29,900 nt of DNA from Nitrospirota bacterium (GTDB lineage Bacteria; Nitrospirota; Nitrospiria; Nitrospirales; Nitrospiraceae). Below the pieces are notes generated by a model, which was not told where the DNA came from, made no database searches, and worked only from the letters and a program-made list of their open reading frames with translations. The stretch lies in NCBI GenBank assembly GCA_963703955.1, contig CAVPGK010000028.1:1-29900 (forward strand). Direction: 5' to 3'. Below, piece after piece: positions 29,873 to 29,900 of this stretch. A program made the translations under genes and the position numbers. The number at the start of each line of letters is the position of its first letter. Within the stretch, counting starts at the first letter, position 1.

Positions 29873-29900
29873 TGGAGCCGGCGACTGGACTCGAACCAGC
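29873..29900 (-). tRNA. 3' end of a tRNA (T-arm, acceptor 3' strand, CCA), probably tRNA-Thr(CGT); rest lies outside the window
   Basis: Minus strand GCTGGTTCGAGTCCAGTCGCCGGCTCCA. Thr identity is inferred from the GCCGGC-U acceptor and the CGT loop in the att copy. Confidence 0.8.

Larger units (their letters stand above)
18076..29897. mobile_element. Decayed tRNA-anchored genomic island (~11.8 kb), no integrase seen
   Basis: Flanking tRNA-3' direct repeats, candidate arm-type repeats, a terminase relic, several pseudogenes and long non-coding stretches. Confidence 0.72.

Noticed and set aside
1..29900. CRISPR array, cas, reverse transcriptase/retron, integron integrase or intact transposase
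   Set aside because: No regularly spaced repeats and no ORF with the relevant motifs was seen.

Overview
Bacterial chromosomal window; the gene families and their style suggest Nitrospira/Nitrospirota, but that is inference. The left part (1-18.0 kb) is an accessory envelope, osmotic-stress and carbohydrate region. It has two tandem SYLF/Ysc84 lipid-binding genes, three PIN-toxin TA modules (one dead, all apparently leaderless), a DUF481 beta-barrel, a patatin, a DUF4136 lipoprotein, MscS, a GH13 amylase-family gene, a heavily frameshifted GH63/MGH1-like glucosidase, MscL with a zinc-ribbon tail, a Cys-repeat secreted protein, VanZ and a CE4 deacetylase. The right part (18.1-29.9 kb) is an ~11.8 kb decayed, integrase-less island. 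It is bounded by the 3' end of a minus-strand tRNA (probably Thr-CGT) at the window edge and a displaced, degenerate 3' copy at 18076-18118. Its cargo is DUF1348, a broken PEP-CTERM gene, a small HTH gene with a sigma54-type promoter, DUF4062 relics, an OprO/P-type porin, treY, a terminase small-subunit relic, an orphan groES and a USP pseudogene. The best novelty candidate is an unannotated ~150-nt rod-shaped RNA at 28819-28976, with its own sigma70-type promoter, a 10-bp closing stem, a central bubble and a U-tract. This architecture is 6S-like. Many frameshifts may be long-read errors. All folds and motifs were read by eye, not computed.
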